A stretch of DNA of 62,498 nucleotides, filler included, from Choristocarpus tenellus KU-1152 (Eukaryota > Protista > Phaeophyceae): NCBI GenBank assembly GCA_964200185.2. It is 9 parts of 9 records of this genome, joined end to end, with 100 filler letters (N's around TTAATTAATTAA, not from the genome) between each part and the next. Parts side by side here need not be neighbours in the genome. Positions count along the whole stretch, not along the records: positions 1 to 8,194 come from CAXNAD020005018.1; positions 8,295 to 13,653 come from CAXNAD020011045.1; 7 more parts are not named here. One strand, given 5' to 3'. The number at the start of each line of letters is the position of its first letter. Within the stretch, counting starts at the first letter, position 1. The notes below the pieces were generated by a model that worked only from the letters and a program-made list of their open reading frames with translations, was not told where the DNA came from and ran no database searches. Shown piece after piece: positions 1-13,200 of the stretch. Position numbers and translations under genes: made by a program.

Positions 1-484
1 TAGGGAATTATGTACATGTATGTTACGGTGCAACTGCATGGTGTGTGGGTATGATGCAGCAGAAGATAATTGTGGTGTATTTCATACTGTGTGATGTGTT
101 GTGTTGTATCGGACTTTCTGCTGTACCAACCTTCCCCTCTATCTGCAGGCTTCCTTTTCCACATAGTATTTTTTATATTCCAATGCTTCAGCCCTTTGAA
201 AATAGCACTGAGGGCTTTACAAGCACCCCTTTTGCTGTGTACGCATCTATGTAATACTGCTGGTACCTCACTGCTTCGATGGAGCCTTGAACCTTTTGGG
301 TTCCCGTCATGCTGCTGTTGCAAACGGTCTCCCGTGTAGCATGCGCAGTCTGCCACTGTACCTATCGCATGCACCACACTTGTACAAACATCCTCAAAGA
401 TGACAAGACCAAAGTTGTTTTTAGAAGTCTATCAAAAGGTGCTGGAAGGAAGTGGGCATTTTTCATTACTTTCCAAATCACTAA

Positions 485-486
<2 letters not shown>

Positions 487-515
<29 letters not shown>
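487..515. repeat. (CA)n microsatellite in intron
   Basis: Perfect CA run. Confidence 0.95.
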
Positions 516-516
<1 letters not shown>

Positions 517-600
517 CAATGTGGGACTGATGTACAGTGCCTCCCACCAACTCCCTCCTGCCTTCAACCCCCCTCCCCCCTGTTCGATTTTATTTCCCAG

Positions 601-3600
601 ATAGCATTCTGGGACATTCATACCCTTGCTGTTGCCCTGACTCGCGGGCGCATCCAACTCCGTGACCTTACCAACATTGCCTTGGCCCGTAATGCCAACA
701 CAAGCTCTGGTAGTAATGCCCCCAGGAAAAAGAGAGAATGGCCAGCCTCAAATGTACCCATCATTACAGCTGACTGGGTAGCACACCAAGGTCTAGTCAC
801 TTGTATGGCAGCACGCCCTATGAAGGGGGTGCACAGGGATGGGACAGGGACTGTTTTAGGTGTTGGCAGTGCATACAGTGGTGGGAGCGGGAACTTCTTT
901 ACCGGAGTTGGAACGCCAGCGCTTGCTACTGGTGGGGGTGATGGAAAGGTCAAGGTGTGGACAGAGGAGGGGGGCATGGGGTCGAGTAAGGGGGACCTGG
1001 GGCATGAGGGGGCTGTGCTTGGAGTGTGTTGGCACCCGGGAGGAGAGATGCTCGCGTCTTGCGGTCAAGATTCTTCTGTGTGGCTTTGGGGTATGACTGG
1101 GAATGTGCTGGGAGTGGTAGACACTCTGCACAGGTGTGTGTAACCTGTTCCTCTGATTGTGTTTTTTTCTTGTGTATAAGTTGGTTCTTCTGGAACAGTA
1201 GTAGGAAGGTTGGAGTAATTTTCGTCCTGGTTATGGTAGGAGGATAAGACAGAAGACCCGTGAGGGAGAATAAGAAGCACAGATATCATGCCTCTACTTC
1301 TCTACACTTAAATGTTTGTGAAACGTTCCGTATTTGTGTTTTCTTATTCTTCGATAACATACATAATAACAAAAAGAGTTGTGGTATGATACTTAAGAAT
1401 TGTTGGACTTGACTTGAGATTAAAATACATAGTAGTAAAATGCAGTGATACAAAGAACAAGGATGTGAGCTTGTGTATCTGTATGTGCCTGCAGGCATAT
1501 GACCTATGCCTTATTAAATAGGCTTGGTATTACTGCCCTGGGAGGTGGTTGCATATGAAACTGATCACCATAGATCCCTCACTCCTAACCCATGCTCTCC
1601 CCCTACACACAATAAAGAACTGCTTTTCTGATATTTTGGAGTCCATATGATCAGTACCATGTTCCAACTCTCTACTCCCCCCTCTAATCTAGATGGACTG
1701 TGGCAGTAGCGTTCTCATGTTCTGGCAACCGTCTCATGGCTTGTGGGCATGAAAGATTTGAGGGATGGACCATACCCCTGAGGCACAACAGCACCGGGGC
1801 ATCCTTGGCCTGGCGTCAGCCATTGCAGCTCACTGCTGCAAGGACCAAGGTGTGGTGATTTTGCTTTTCACAGTCTATTGTTTCATTTCTTGAAAATGAT
1901 TTTTTTGTGGTTTATTTTTACTCTTTTTAGTATGTATTGCACAACTAGAGGCCTATACCATAGTTTCCCAAGAACTTGATACTTCAAATTTCAAAACTCC
2001 ATATACTCCCATCTGACTTCCCCATTATGCCCCCATTCCCCTTCCCCCTACTCATCACAGATTGCGGGTGCTGTTGGTCTCTCCAAGGAAGCATCTGAAA
2101 TTCTTAATGACCATGGAGCCATTGAATGGACTTCCGCGACCTCAGCTGCTTCTGCTGCGCGTCTGGCATCCCAAGGCACTCAGGGGGCTGAGGTCGCCCA
2201 GGTTGCCACAGCCTGGGGTTATGTTCCTGCCCTAGCAGAACTGCACTCAACCGCTGGAGGGGCAGCGTTTCTGTCAGGCTCTGATGCATGTGGGCGCACT
2301 CCTCTGCACACTGCAATCCTTAGTCGTGGGGCGGGACCAGCAGCTGTGGGGAGTGGAAATGTGGGGTCCAAGAGTGCCTTTTGGGGGGGTAATGAGCAGT
2401 CAGAGGGGGCTCTGCTGGCAGCCAAGTTCTTGGTCGAGATTGGTGGGGTGGATATTGAGGCGAGGGATGAGGAGGGGATGACGCCTTTGGCACTGGCGGC
2501 ACGGCATGGGAGGGGGCGCATGGTGGAGGCATTATTGAGGGCGGGTGCGAATATGGAGGCAGTGGATGTTCGGGGTTACACTCCAGCGTGCTGGGTGAGA
2601 AAATCACATGATGTGGGGGAATGGGAGGGGGGAGGGAGTATTTCTTGTGTTTGTATATTTTGCTTTTGGTTAGGCTGTTGTTGACTGTGGTGCTAGTAGG
2701 GTATGATATATGCCACCACCTCCCACCCCCCTACCAACTCTCCAAATTCTCGCTTGCAGTTTATTGCAAGCTGAGAAGGCATAGAGGGAGTGGGATGGTG
2801 TATGATACCACCAGTTTGACTACTTACCTTACTAACAGTACTTAGGTTGTAGTTTTCCCAGGCATGCTTTGCAAGAGGCAGAAGAAAGGAGCATGGGGAC
2901 AGATGAGATGGTATCACTCAGGTGGCAAGAGGACATACTCCTCCACCCCCTTACCCTGCACTTTTATCTGTCCTGTTTATTATTCTTGTGTTCTTGTTGG
3001 TGTCTTGGTATATCAGTATCATTGTTTGTGTTTGTGGAGAACTGATTTTTTTCCTTTGCCCTGGACAGGCTGCTGCTGGTGGGTACTCTACTATTTTGCG
3101 AGCACTGCTCTTTGCTGCGGCGGATGGGTACCTTGTTGGAAAGGATAGGCACCAGTCAGCAGGGGTGGGTTTTGGTCAGCTCATCGATCCTCCTTGTGTG
3201 ATAGTGCCAGCTCTGGTTGTATGCATGTGATGCCTTGCGAAAGTCACATACATTCACAAGTATGGAGTATATGCTGAGTACGCTACACACTTTGATACAC
3301 AGATTTTTGATACTGTCTATTTCATACCTTTTGCTTTTACTGTAGTTGATACTGATGAGATCTTTGTCCAATGTAATGTTTTTGCTCCCGTCAATCATGT
3401 GCTGCAGTGGTATGTTCTTGCGCTACATACCTTACTTGATAATTGGTGTGGTTTCATCTCCCCACACCCCTCCCTTGCCTTCCTACACCCTTACCTTGCC
3501 CATCCCCTGCCCGCCAGGCTGACCCTGACCACATGGCAGAGGGCTGCGATACGCCTGCTATCCTTGCGGCGAGGGGGGGGCACCTCTCTGCCCTGGCCAT

Positions 3601-6600
3601 GCTAGAAGATGCTGGTGCAGATCTTGACAAGCCCAACTCCAAGGGCACAACCCCTCTGATCACAGCGAGCCGGGAGGGTCATTCTGCTGCCTTGGCATTC
3701 TTGGCTGGCCTTTCAGGAATTGATGTCAATAGGTAGTTAGGTCGTGCTGCCTGCTTTTTGAACAGTTTGGGGGGTGGGAGGAAATAGACTGCATACTGTA
3801 TTCACTCATAATGTCCCAATTCCAGCACTTTCCTCCAAACTTGTACCCTCACACTGGTGAGTCCACTTTGAGTGAATTAACGTCTCTTCTCAACTTACGG
3901 TTGATTAACCCCCCCCTCTCCCAATCCCTGCACCCTTCAGGAGGGACAGCAGTGATGGCATGACTGCTTTAGCAGCAGCTACCTTCCAAGGACATACAGC
4001 ATGCGTCAGGGTCCTCATATCACGTGGTGCAAATCCATTACTGAACACTTTAGATGGTCGTACCCCAACCTACCTTGCGGCTTCTCAGGGTCACCTTCCT
4101 GCCCTCAGGTCTCTCTTAGAGGCGTTCGGCCCTGGGAAGGCCAAGGAGGCAAGGAGACGTGATGCAGGTGGTTGCACACCGATCATGTTGGCCGCTGCAA
4201 ATGGACACCTGGACTGCTTGGTAGTGCTTAATCAGAGTGATGGGACTGGTGCAGCAATGGTGGGAAGGGATCAAAAGCATGGGAGAAACAGGGGCTTTGA
4301 CCCAGGCGGTGGGGGGTCTGAGGGAGGGGAGGAGACTAATGTGCAGAGTAGGGGGGTTGGGTCTCAAGCAAGGGGAGTGCCTCTGATTCGTGGTAAGCTG
4401 GACATGGTGGATAACAAGGGCTTGACAGCTCTCATGCATGCAACGTTATGCAACCGGGTAAGAAGAAAGAAGTGACTGAGTGGTGTGATCAAGTGCCAAA
4501 TAACACAATGGTCACATTGAAATATTGGGATATGTTGAATTGTTGTGGAGTTCAGGGGTACATTGATAGAGTCCTGGATGTGAATTGGGCAGAAGAATGA
4601 GGTATATATTGATGGGGCATACATCATTTGTTATCATTTATTTGTTGTGTTGCAGGATAGTGTAGTGTACCCTATGTTTCACTTATACTAAGTTGATGCT
4701 GAGCGGCAGCATTTTTAATCTTTTGTTATTTTTGTATGTTTTTCTATTATTTTTAAAACCTCACGTAAGTGTGTTGGAAGTACTGGAGCACCAACTCATT
4801 GTGGGATGTGTTTGTGACATGGTTTGTGAATTTGACAAACAGATGAAAATGGTGCACTACTTGTGTGTTCCGTTTTACGAGAGTGTGTACAACTTACAAG
4901 AGCAGATTAGGTACAAATATTCATGGTACCCCCAATTTTGAGCATTATATACTCCCCCCTCCCCACTTTCACCTTTGCTCCTCTGACTCTGTACCCCTTC
5001 TCTTATCTGCCTCTTTATGCCTGCCTGGTCTACTCCCCATCCCCCACTCCCCTCGGATGCCATGAAACAACTTGGATCTTCGTAAAATCAACAACCAATG
5101 ATCACTTTTTGCCTTGGCAAAAAAGATTGACTGCGTTGAATACCTTGTGGTCAATGGGGCGTGGCTTGGGGCTGCAGATGTATTTGGAAGGACTGCCTTC
5201 ATGATGGCAGCCCAGCATGGTCACGAGGGCTGCCTTGTGACCCTGCTGAATGCCCTGACATGTAGAGAAGACCTGAACATGATGGACTCTGACGGCTTAA
5301 CAGCTGCACATCATGCTGCTGCTGCGGGTGAGGTGGAATTACTTGCACTTATAGCAGGCAGTGGAGCTGAGTTGAACTTGCCATCAGTAGCTCCACAAGG
5401 AGATAAAGGTGACAGCAGCAACCATCAGAGGGGGAGTGGAGTAGAGGCAAGGGGAGCTGGCAATGGTGGGGACACAAGTAGTAATGCGGTGTATCCTGTA
5501 CACCTAGCAGTCAAAGCTAATTCCCTCACCTGCTTGGAAGAACTGGCAGCCTGTGGTGCCGACCTCAATGTAGTGGACGGTGCAGGAAACACAGTGTTGT
5601 CAACAGCTGTGGAGTGTGGCAGTGATGCCTGTGCTTCATTCCTTCTCTTTGGAGGAGCTGGGGGAACATGCCTGGTGAGTGCAGACACCAACCTGTCACA
5701 GCCTCTCCTCCTGGCCTCGCAGCGGGGAAACCCTGAGATCCTCAGGGCTATACTGCAAGCAGGTGGGGATCCCGGTGGCACTACAGGAGCCATTCCAACG
5801 AAGGCAGCAACGCCCTTGGTGAATGTATTGAGTGCAGATACAGAAGATGGGGCTATTGGGTTAAGTTCTATTCCTGGGGCACCCTCGCCACTGTTGGTGG
5901 CAATGATTGCTGGTTACCAAAGTTGTGTTGAGATTCTCCTTGAAGCTGGTGCTGATGTAAATGCTCCAGATTCGATAGGGCGAACTCCAGCCATGGTGGC
6001 TGCGCTACAGGGCGATACCACCCTCCTACAAGTATTGAAGGGGCGGGGGGCTCGTCTCGCTGAGCAGGATGGTTACGGGCAGAATGCCTGTTTCTTTGCT
6101 GCCATGAAAGGTCACCAAGAGTGCCTAGAAACAATCGTTTCTGCCCAGAACGATTCATCTGCTGCTCTTGCCATGATCAACCAGGCAGACGACCTTGGTC
6201 GCACCCCAGTGTGGATTGCAGCTGCTCATGGGCATGAGCTCCTGGTGAAGTATCTCCTGGGGCATGTGGGTGTGAGGTGTGATACCCAGGATACAACAGG
6301 GGCGACTACAGTGTGGATTGCAGCCGAGAGGGGAAACACTAGATGTTTGCAACTCTTGCTGGAGGCTGGCGTTGATGGGAACATTGCCAACAAGGACATG
6401 ATGACTCCTATGATTGTAGCATGCCAGGAGGGGCATCAGGAATGCCTGACTGAGTTGTTGGCAGCAGGAGTGAATGTGAACGTGAAAGATGAGGCAGGCA
6501 ACTCTGCAGTTGCATATGCCTCCATGGGAGGTCACACTGGTTGTCTTCAGGTGAGTGGGACCTGCACTATGGCACATGCTACTACCGGTGTGGTTTAAGC

Positions 6601-7712
6601 TGAGTGGCATAGATAATAGACAAATACTTGTTACCCCCTTTTCAGGATTTGAGGAGTAGTTTAGTCTGCAGTACTCTCACTTTGAACACAATGCTGTGCA
6701 ATGGTGTGGGGAAGGGAGTGTACATTGAGGCATCTGCTTTGGTGCAGTTCTTGTTCCTTAGAAATAGTTGTACTGATCCTGAAAGGTGGATGACCCTTTT
6801 TTTGTTCCCTAGATGTCTTCTGCGAGAAAGTAAGTGCAGAGTTAGATCTCAACTCTTTTTTTTTCAGTGTTTGCTTTGTATGATAAGGTCGGAATGTAAC
6901 TGTCCTCTACTTGCATTGTACACACAATCAACATGCATGTCGTGTTAGATGCATGCAAAGATCAGTTTAAGGTGTTGAGGTTCTTCGCTCCCCTGCTGCC
7001 CCTTGCTCTACCCCCCCTCCCTGACCCTCACTTTTGCCATCCTTCCCCCTCTAACATTCCTTCTCTGTCCGTTTTCTACCTGGCACATAATAACATGAAA
7101 CGTCAGGTGCTTGGTATGGCAACCGGGAAACTCGATACCCTCAACAAGGATGGCCACACTGCATGCTTTGCAGCAGCATCATATGGCCAACTCGACAGTC
7201 TCAGCTTCCTCTACGACTTTGGGGCCGACCTCCGTCGCCGTGACCTCGTTGCCGGAAACACCCCAGCCATGGTGGCTGCCAGTTATGGCCAGGATGTATG
7301 TCTATCCTTCCTAGCTCGTGTGCTAGGCCGGGAGGCTCTTGCTGAGCGTAATGAGGAGGGACTCTCCCCCGCCTGCTTTGCTGCCCTCTGCGGGCACGTC
7401 TCATCCCTCCATGCTATTGCAAAGGTTGATCCCACACTCTTGACTGACTCTGATGACCTGGGCTGCTCACCAGCCCACTGTGCGGCCACAGGAGGTCAAG
7501 TGGAGTGCCTTCAGGCGCTGGTTGAGATTTCGGCAGGGGTGGGGAGCTTGTGCGTCCTGAATGAGATTGGGGAGTCCACCCTCCATGTTGCAGCTCGTGC
7601 GGGGCAGGTGTCCACAGTGTCTTTCTTGCTGTCGGAGGAGATTGGACTTGACGGCGAGGAGTATAACGATAATGGGGAGACTTGCATGTGGCTTGCGGCT
7701 GCGAATGGCGAG
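601..7712 (+). CDS. Multi-exon WD40-repeat + ankyrin-repeat protein (partial, open at both ends)
   Basis: GT-AG exons 601-1133, 1693-1849, 2061-2594, 3069-3164, 3518-3732, 3941-4457, 5126-6550 and 7107-7712 join in phase without stops (4083 nt, 1361 aa). WD40 motifs: LATGGGDGKVKVW and GHEGAVLGVCWHPGGEMLASCGQDSSVWLW. These are followed by about 20 or more ankyrin repeats (GMTPLALAARHGR, GTTPLITASREGH, GRTPVWIAAAHGH, GESTLHVAARAGQ). Confidence 0.88.
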
Positions 7713-8194
7713 GTGAATGAAGTGAAGTGATGGGGATGTTTGTCAGTGGTCATGTCATACACCTTTTTCAAGGCTAATTGCAGTAGTGATCACTCTGTTG
7801 ATGAGCATGGTATTTGGAGTGCTCTTTGCCGTAATGGTGTTTCGTATTGTGTGTGTGCCAAGTGGATTTTGTCATTACTTGTGTCCTCATGGCTCAATTT
7901 AGGCTTGCAAGAGATGTCACAGGCCTGTGGGTCCATCAATGCCTTGATGGAAAATCTGGATCGTTTGTTCAAAGTTCATGTGGCAAAAACATAGTTACAT
8001 CACAAAAGTACTGGTTCAAGAATGATGCAGCAAGACTTCAGCACAAGATTCAAGGCACCATTAAAAAACTGTGGAATCCCTGTACTGTCGGTACTATACT
8101 GTCGAAATATCAATTTACCATGAAAAAAGGGGAAATTACGTACCATGCTGTAATTGATAAAGACAGTAGTACAATATTTGATAGTGGTGAAGTA

Positions 8195-8294
8195 NNNNNN
8201 NNNNNNNNNNNNNNNNNNNNNNNNNNNNNNNNNNNNNNTTAATTAATTAANNNNNNNNNNNNNNNNNNNNNNNNNNNNNNNNNNNNNNNNNNNN
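8195..8294. other. Artificial contig linker N44-TTAATTAATTAA-N44 (first of eight)
   Basis: Identical 100-bp linkers with stops in all six frames at 8195-8294, 13654-13753, 19771-19870, 26523-26622, 30213-30312, 33442-33541, 53758-53857 and 56908-57007. Confidence 0.99.
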
Positions 8295-8331
8295 CCTGGT
8301 GTAGATCCCCCCCCCCCAGATACTTTGGGTC
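8295..8331. mobile_element. MITE family A terminus at contig start
   Basis: C-run + CAGATACTTTGGGTC, the same terminus as the complete copy ending at 11284. Confidence 0.8.
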
Positions 8332-8530
8332 AGTCTGGTATCAAGTGGTAGGGGAATTACAGGGAGCTGTCGGGAAAAATGATTTGGGATGCTAAGTCAT
8401 ATTCTCAACCCAGGCCACTCTTTATCACTCCTTCCATGGGTTACAAGAGCAAAATCGGATTTGGATAGGTGGCTCTCTAATCCCCTTACATCAATTTGCT
8501 CAAAACACTTTACTGTCCTTTGCTATGCAG

Positions 8531-9918
8531 GAATATCGAGGACAGATTGACAAGAAGTATCGGAAGAATATTGAGGCCATTGTGCGCCGACCAAATCGCG
8601 ATGAAGTGACAGAACCCACGAGCAAGTGTCCTATTAGTGGCGATGAGCTGCCAGCCACGCAACTGGAATGTCCTTCTACCAAGGTGAGATCAAAAACAAT
8701 AGAAAGAGCGGGTTATGGGAATGGAGGAGGAGGGGAAATGCTATTCCACAAGGTTGTGCTTCTTAAGGGCTCGGCAAAGGCATGCTGTAACGACTTCCTC
8801 ACATGCTGCCCAAATATTGTATGACATTTGAAAACACAGGTAGAATACATGTCCTGCAGCAAGTTCCACGGACCAATGGTGCACTCCCAACTCATGCTGA
8901 TTAAACCTCACCTACAATCGGTCAAATCGATTTTGTCCTCAATTAAGTTTGTAATATATTGCACATATAGTGTTTGATATGTTGGTCATCTTTCTGTTGG
9001 TTTCCTAATTGTACACTACCTACTACTTTGAAGTTGAAGTACTCCATAGTGTTCGAGAGACATGGAACGGACAGGTATTTTACGTGCCATCCACATGCTT
9101 TTTTACCCCACAAGAGTGGTGTGACTTACCTTGCACATGCTACGCCTTGCTATCACACGGCAATATCACATGAACCCAGGATGCCATCCCGATGTGTGTT
9201 GTGACTGGGAGGCACATGGTTAAGGAGGATTGGTGCATCTGCCCAAGGTCCCGCATGCCAGCTCTCCTCTCACATTACCAGAGTTATTTGGAAGGAGAAC
9301 AGGCAAGGAGTCTCCTAGCTCTTAGTGTTGTGACCTCACGTGTGCTTGAGTAGTTGCAACTGGTGAAATATAAGATTGGGGCGTACTTGAATGCTTTGAA
9401 TCCTGGTAAACAGTCGGATCCCTGATGTAGATACTTCTTTACATGCCCTGCCCACGATATTCTCTTTTACGTGCTGACTCCAACAGTTGCGTAGTCAGCA
9501 TCAAAATCGTGAAGCAAATGAGGAGAAAGAAGATAGGGACGGCCACAGCCTTAAGGAGGATGGAGTCGAGGGGAAGGTGGGGACAAGCAGATCTAGGGTA
9601 GATGACACCTTGGAAAAGAAGGTGAACAGTGACAAAGCTGGGGGTGTGGGGAGGGGCATAACCACTAACTGCTTCACTGGGGCTGATCCAGTTACGGGGC
9701 AACTTGTGAGGAGCGAAGAGCTCACAAAATCTACACCAGCAGAAGTGATGGAATACTTGAAACGATATAATGCGGTTGATGGGGAGGACAAGGACGGGAA
9801 TGGAGAGGAAGAGGCTTGGACTGGAGCTGGGACGTCTAAAAAAGGGGTTAGTGAAGGGTTGGGATTGGATGTGAGAGGGGGTGGTGGCGGTGATGGCAAA
9901 GGGAGGGAGGTTGGATAG
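8531..9918 (+). CDS. WDR19: WD repeat protein 19 / IFT144 (IFT-A), last three exons
   Basis: Exons 8531-8683, 9180-9302 and 9487-9918 (stop). EYRGQIDKKYRKNIEAIVRRP...CPSTK|DAIPMCVVTGRHMVKEDWCICP matches the WDR19 C-terminus as recalled ([21 protein letters not shown]...IPYCIATGRHMLKDDW). Confidence 0.9.
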
Positions 9919-11099
9919 TGATGTGTGGTAGGATAGTTCAGGGGGTGGCTGCGTGGCCTTGCAGCCCAAAGAGTAGAAGAGCCTGCCTGTGAGTGATAAG
10001 AATCACCATAAGCCACAAGATTAGGTATGGTTGTAGGGTCCACGTGTAACATTGGCTATGTATGATACGGAGCTCTATATATATTTTTTTGTATTGGTTA
10101 AAATTGTGTGTATTTGTGCTGTGCCCCCTACACTCCTCTGTTTTCTAAGAGGAAGGTGAGTGGGTGAGCTCAACTGATTTAAGCTCCGATTATCCTATGT
10201 AGTGGCTTATGATGCACCCCATAATAGCTGAGGTCTAATAACACTTTGCAACTTGACCAAGGTTGGTAGGACAAGGGTGTGAGTACTCTGACCTAACAGA
10301 CAGTGGAGGGTGATGGTTGTGGGTCTGAGAAAGTTTCTGAGTGTTTCAACCATGGCGTGGAGGGAGAAGAGGACCTGTGAAGAATATTTAATGTTGCCTT
10401 GAGGCTTACACCTTGATACTAGAATTGCAATCAGGACCAGTCTCATTGCTTAAGGGCACTGCCTACTGCTGTTGTAGTAGTCCATTTATTGTGAAGGTGC
10501 TATCTGCCTTATGTGCTCCACCACTGTACCACTATTTCTATCACCGAACTAACACACCAACCTACCACGCAGAAAGGGGCATCACTTTCCAATTTATTTT
10601 CAAGGAGGGGGGGGGGGGCATATCATAACAATTGCTGATGTCAGCAACAGATTGTATGTGTTATGAGCTTCCACAATGTGGACTTTAACTCATTTATTGG
10701 TCTCTCCTTATACAAGGAACACAACCCAAAACAGCATGTGTCCTCTCAACCTTCCTTCCAGTGAGAATAAAATTGCAACCTGATGAACCATCCCTCGAGG
10801 CATGCTCTGAGGAAGCAATGCTGAGTACTGGTGGTGAATGTACAGTTGAGGATATAATGCAGACTGAGTTGTACAAGGCCTACAGAGTAGATTTCTGATG
10901 TACAGATAGCACAATATGAGCATCCAGTATACTTCATACATAATTACAAAACAACATCAATACCAACATGCAAACAGGCATCATGGTGAGATGGATCCAG
11001 GTCAGACTACAAGACCACCAGTGTGACTACTGGCCTATTATTTACTGACAGTATTCATGATATATTGTTGTGCCATAGCATAATTGTTCCTCAAGGTGA

Positions 11100-11284
11100 G
11101 GCTCAAAGTAACTGGGGGGGGGGGGTGGTGACTGTCCATTTGGGGACAATTTTTTTAAGTTGCAGTTTTTGGGTGATTTGGCTGCATACGTTGGATGGAT
11201 AATGGAAGTGCACTTTCCTGGTTATTGGCCAAATAGACATCTCATCTGGTGAAGACCCCCCCCCCTCCCCAGATACTTTGGGTC
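11100..11284. mobile_element. MITE family A, complete (185 bp), TGA target duplication
   Basis: Terminal inverted repeats GGCTCAAAGTAACT-G(n) ... C(n)-AGATACTTTGGGTC, with TGA on both flanks (11097-11099, 11285-11287). Confidence 0.88.
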
Positions 11285-12099
11285 TGAGGAAGGGACTAAA
11301 GCAGAAGTGTATACATTGGCAGCGAAATAGGACATTGAGGAATAACAACAATGTTCTTGGCTACTTACCATTTGGCTAGGAAAGCCATAGACGGGTTGTA
11401 AGGTGAACAAAAAAGCACAGCACCCACTCAAGCAATAATAATAATATCTTCTTGCCGCGGACTGCATTGAAATTGAGAAACAAGCTCTCTGGTGAGTACT
11501 GAAGATTCTTAAACCATAGTAGAAGGCGCTCTTCTTGCAGTGACCACAAGTCCCAGCTAGAAGAGTCCTGGTGATATTCATAGATCGGCTAAGCAAAAAT
11601 CTATGCTTTTGATGTGGTTTTCTGTCTGTTATGTACAGTAAAGTTGTACCGAAACACTAAACCTGTTTTGTTTACCATAGTCAGCAGTTGTAAATGTCTC
11701 TCCTCCACACTTGTGTGCAAACATGATGCTTTTACAAAAGAATTGATTTGGTCATGTAAGCCATTGAAGTTCACTCACTCCACTGGTTAGCACTAAGCAA
11801 TCTAAAAGTATGATGTGCACATCTCTCCTCCCAAAAAGACAGCTTTTGATTTGACACAGAATTAAAACTACAACTACAGTAGGAGTAATGGCTCCCATAC
11901 CACACCATGTCACCCTCAAGCTTTACAACAGAGGGAAGGTAGGCTGTCCTGCCAACCCACACACACTGTCCTCCGTTAAGTGTATGGGATTACAGGCAGA
12001 AAGGAAGTTATGTTAAATGATGTCTGAATAATGATATGATTATGCCACAGGGCTATGTCTCTCTTGGTGATATATTATACCAAGAGAGTCCCCACCATT

Positions 12100-13200
12100 G
12101 TGTGCAGACCAATGGGTGCCCCCTCACCCTGGAGTATGGAGTACCTTATACCAATAACAGCAATTTTCGTATGGATCTAGTATTCCATGTGAGGGCGCTC
12201 TCCAATGCAACCACTGCTCCTTATCGTAAAACAGGTTAACTACAAGATGTGTCCTTCACTGAGATTCAAGTGACTCCACCTTCAATATTCATCAACCAAC
12301 AACAGTGTCATGAACTTCTTATACCTCTCCCAGTCCACCGTGGTTGACACAAGCACCTTGATGCCCTTGAGTCACTGTTTGCTGGTGAGCGACTTTAGTG
12401 TCCATGATTGGCCAAATCCCGATTTTCCCATTGAACCACACCCTTCTGGAGAGCTTCCTTGGGCAGGCAACAGCTTCAAGGAACTTCACCTTCGTATTGT
12501 AACGCATATTCTGTGTCCATGGGGGTTTGGGGGGATCCTCAGTGGGATGCAGGTACACACCTTGCCCATCTTTGAGGATGTAAAACCACTTCTTGTTCAC
12601 ATGCACCCAGTCATACAAATTGCTCACTAATACCCTACTTCCCCCCCCCCCCAGTGTGTGTGGCTGATGACGAAATTCACCCTGTTGACTTCCTGCTGGT
12701 CTAAGAGGACTGGTTTAATCCACCGATTGACCTTCTTGACCTTCTCGCGCTTGCACAGATCCCACAACGAGGCAAGGGAGAACCCAGATCTGGCCGCCCA
12801 TTTGCGGAAGAATGTGTAATGTACCAATGGGACATCCCAAACATTGAGGATACTTGTACAGTGACCACATCGTCCCTTGTAATGTCGTACAAGGTCCACG
12901 CATTCAACCCATGCAACCTGGCTATCATACCGCTTCAGATGATGGAACGTGGTGATTCAGAAAATTTCAAGGTCCTTTGTGATGGCCACCGTCGTCCCCC
13001 AAGGCATCTGAGTTTCGTGCCCTCTCACCTCCAGGCATCGCGCCACCACACTGTTCTTCGATGGGGCGTTGGAGTTTGGACCCCTGACAGACTTTTTGGG
13101 TCGAAGAACTGGGACTGACGGGCAACAACGGCATGAGTGAGCTGCTCCAACGACAGAGGCTTCCATCCTAGGCATCTCAATAAATACCCACATTGACAGT
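12100..13200 (-). pseudogene. Decayed Tc1/mariner (DD39D-like) transposase
   Basis: YDWVHVNKKWFYI...YLHPTEDPP...TKVKFLEAVACPR...FNGKIGIWP corresponds to the VHVDEKWFY...KVMFLxAVARPR...FDGKIGIWP motifs of plant/oomycete mariners. Broken by frameshifts and stops. Boundaries approximate. Confidence 0.85.

Noticed and set aside
12100-13200. Mariner-associated Fanzor/TnpB nuclease
   Set aside because: No RuvC or zinc-finger motifs were found near either mariner remnant. Only decayed transposase is visible.
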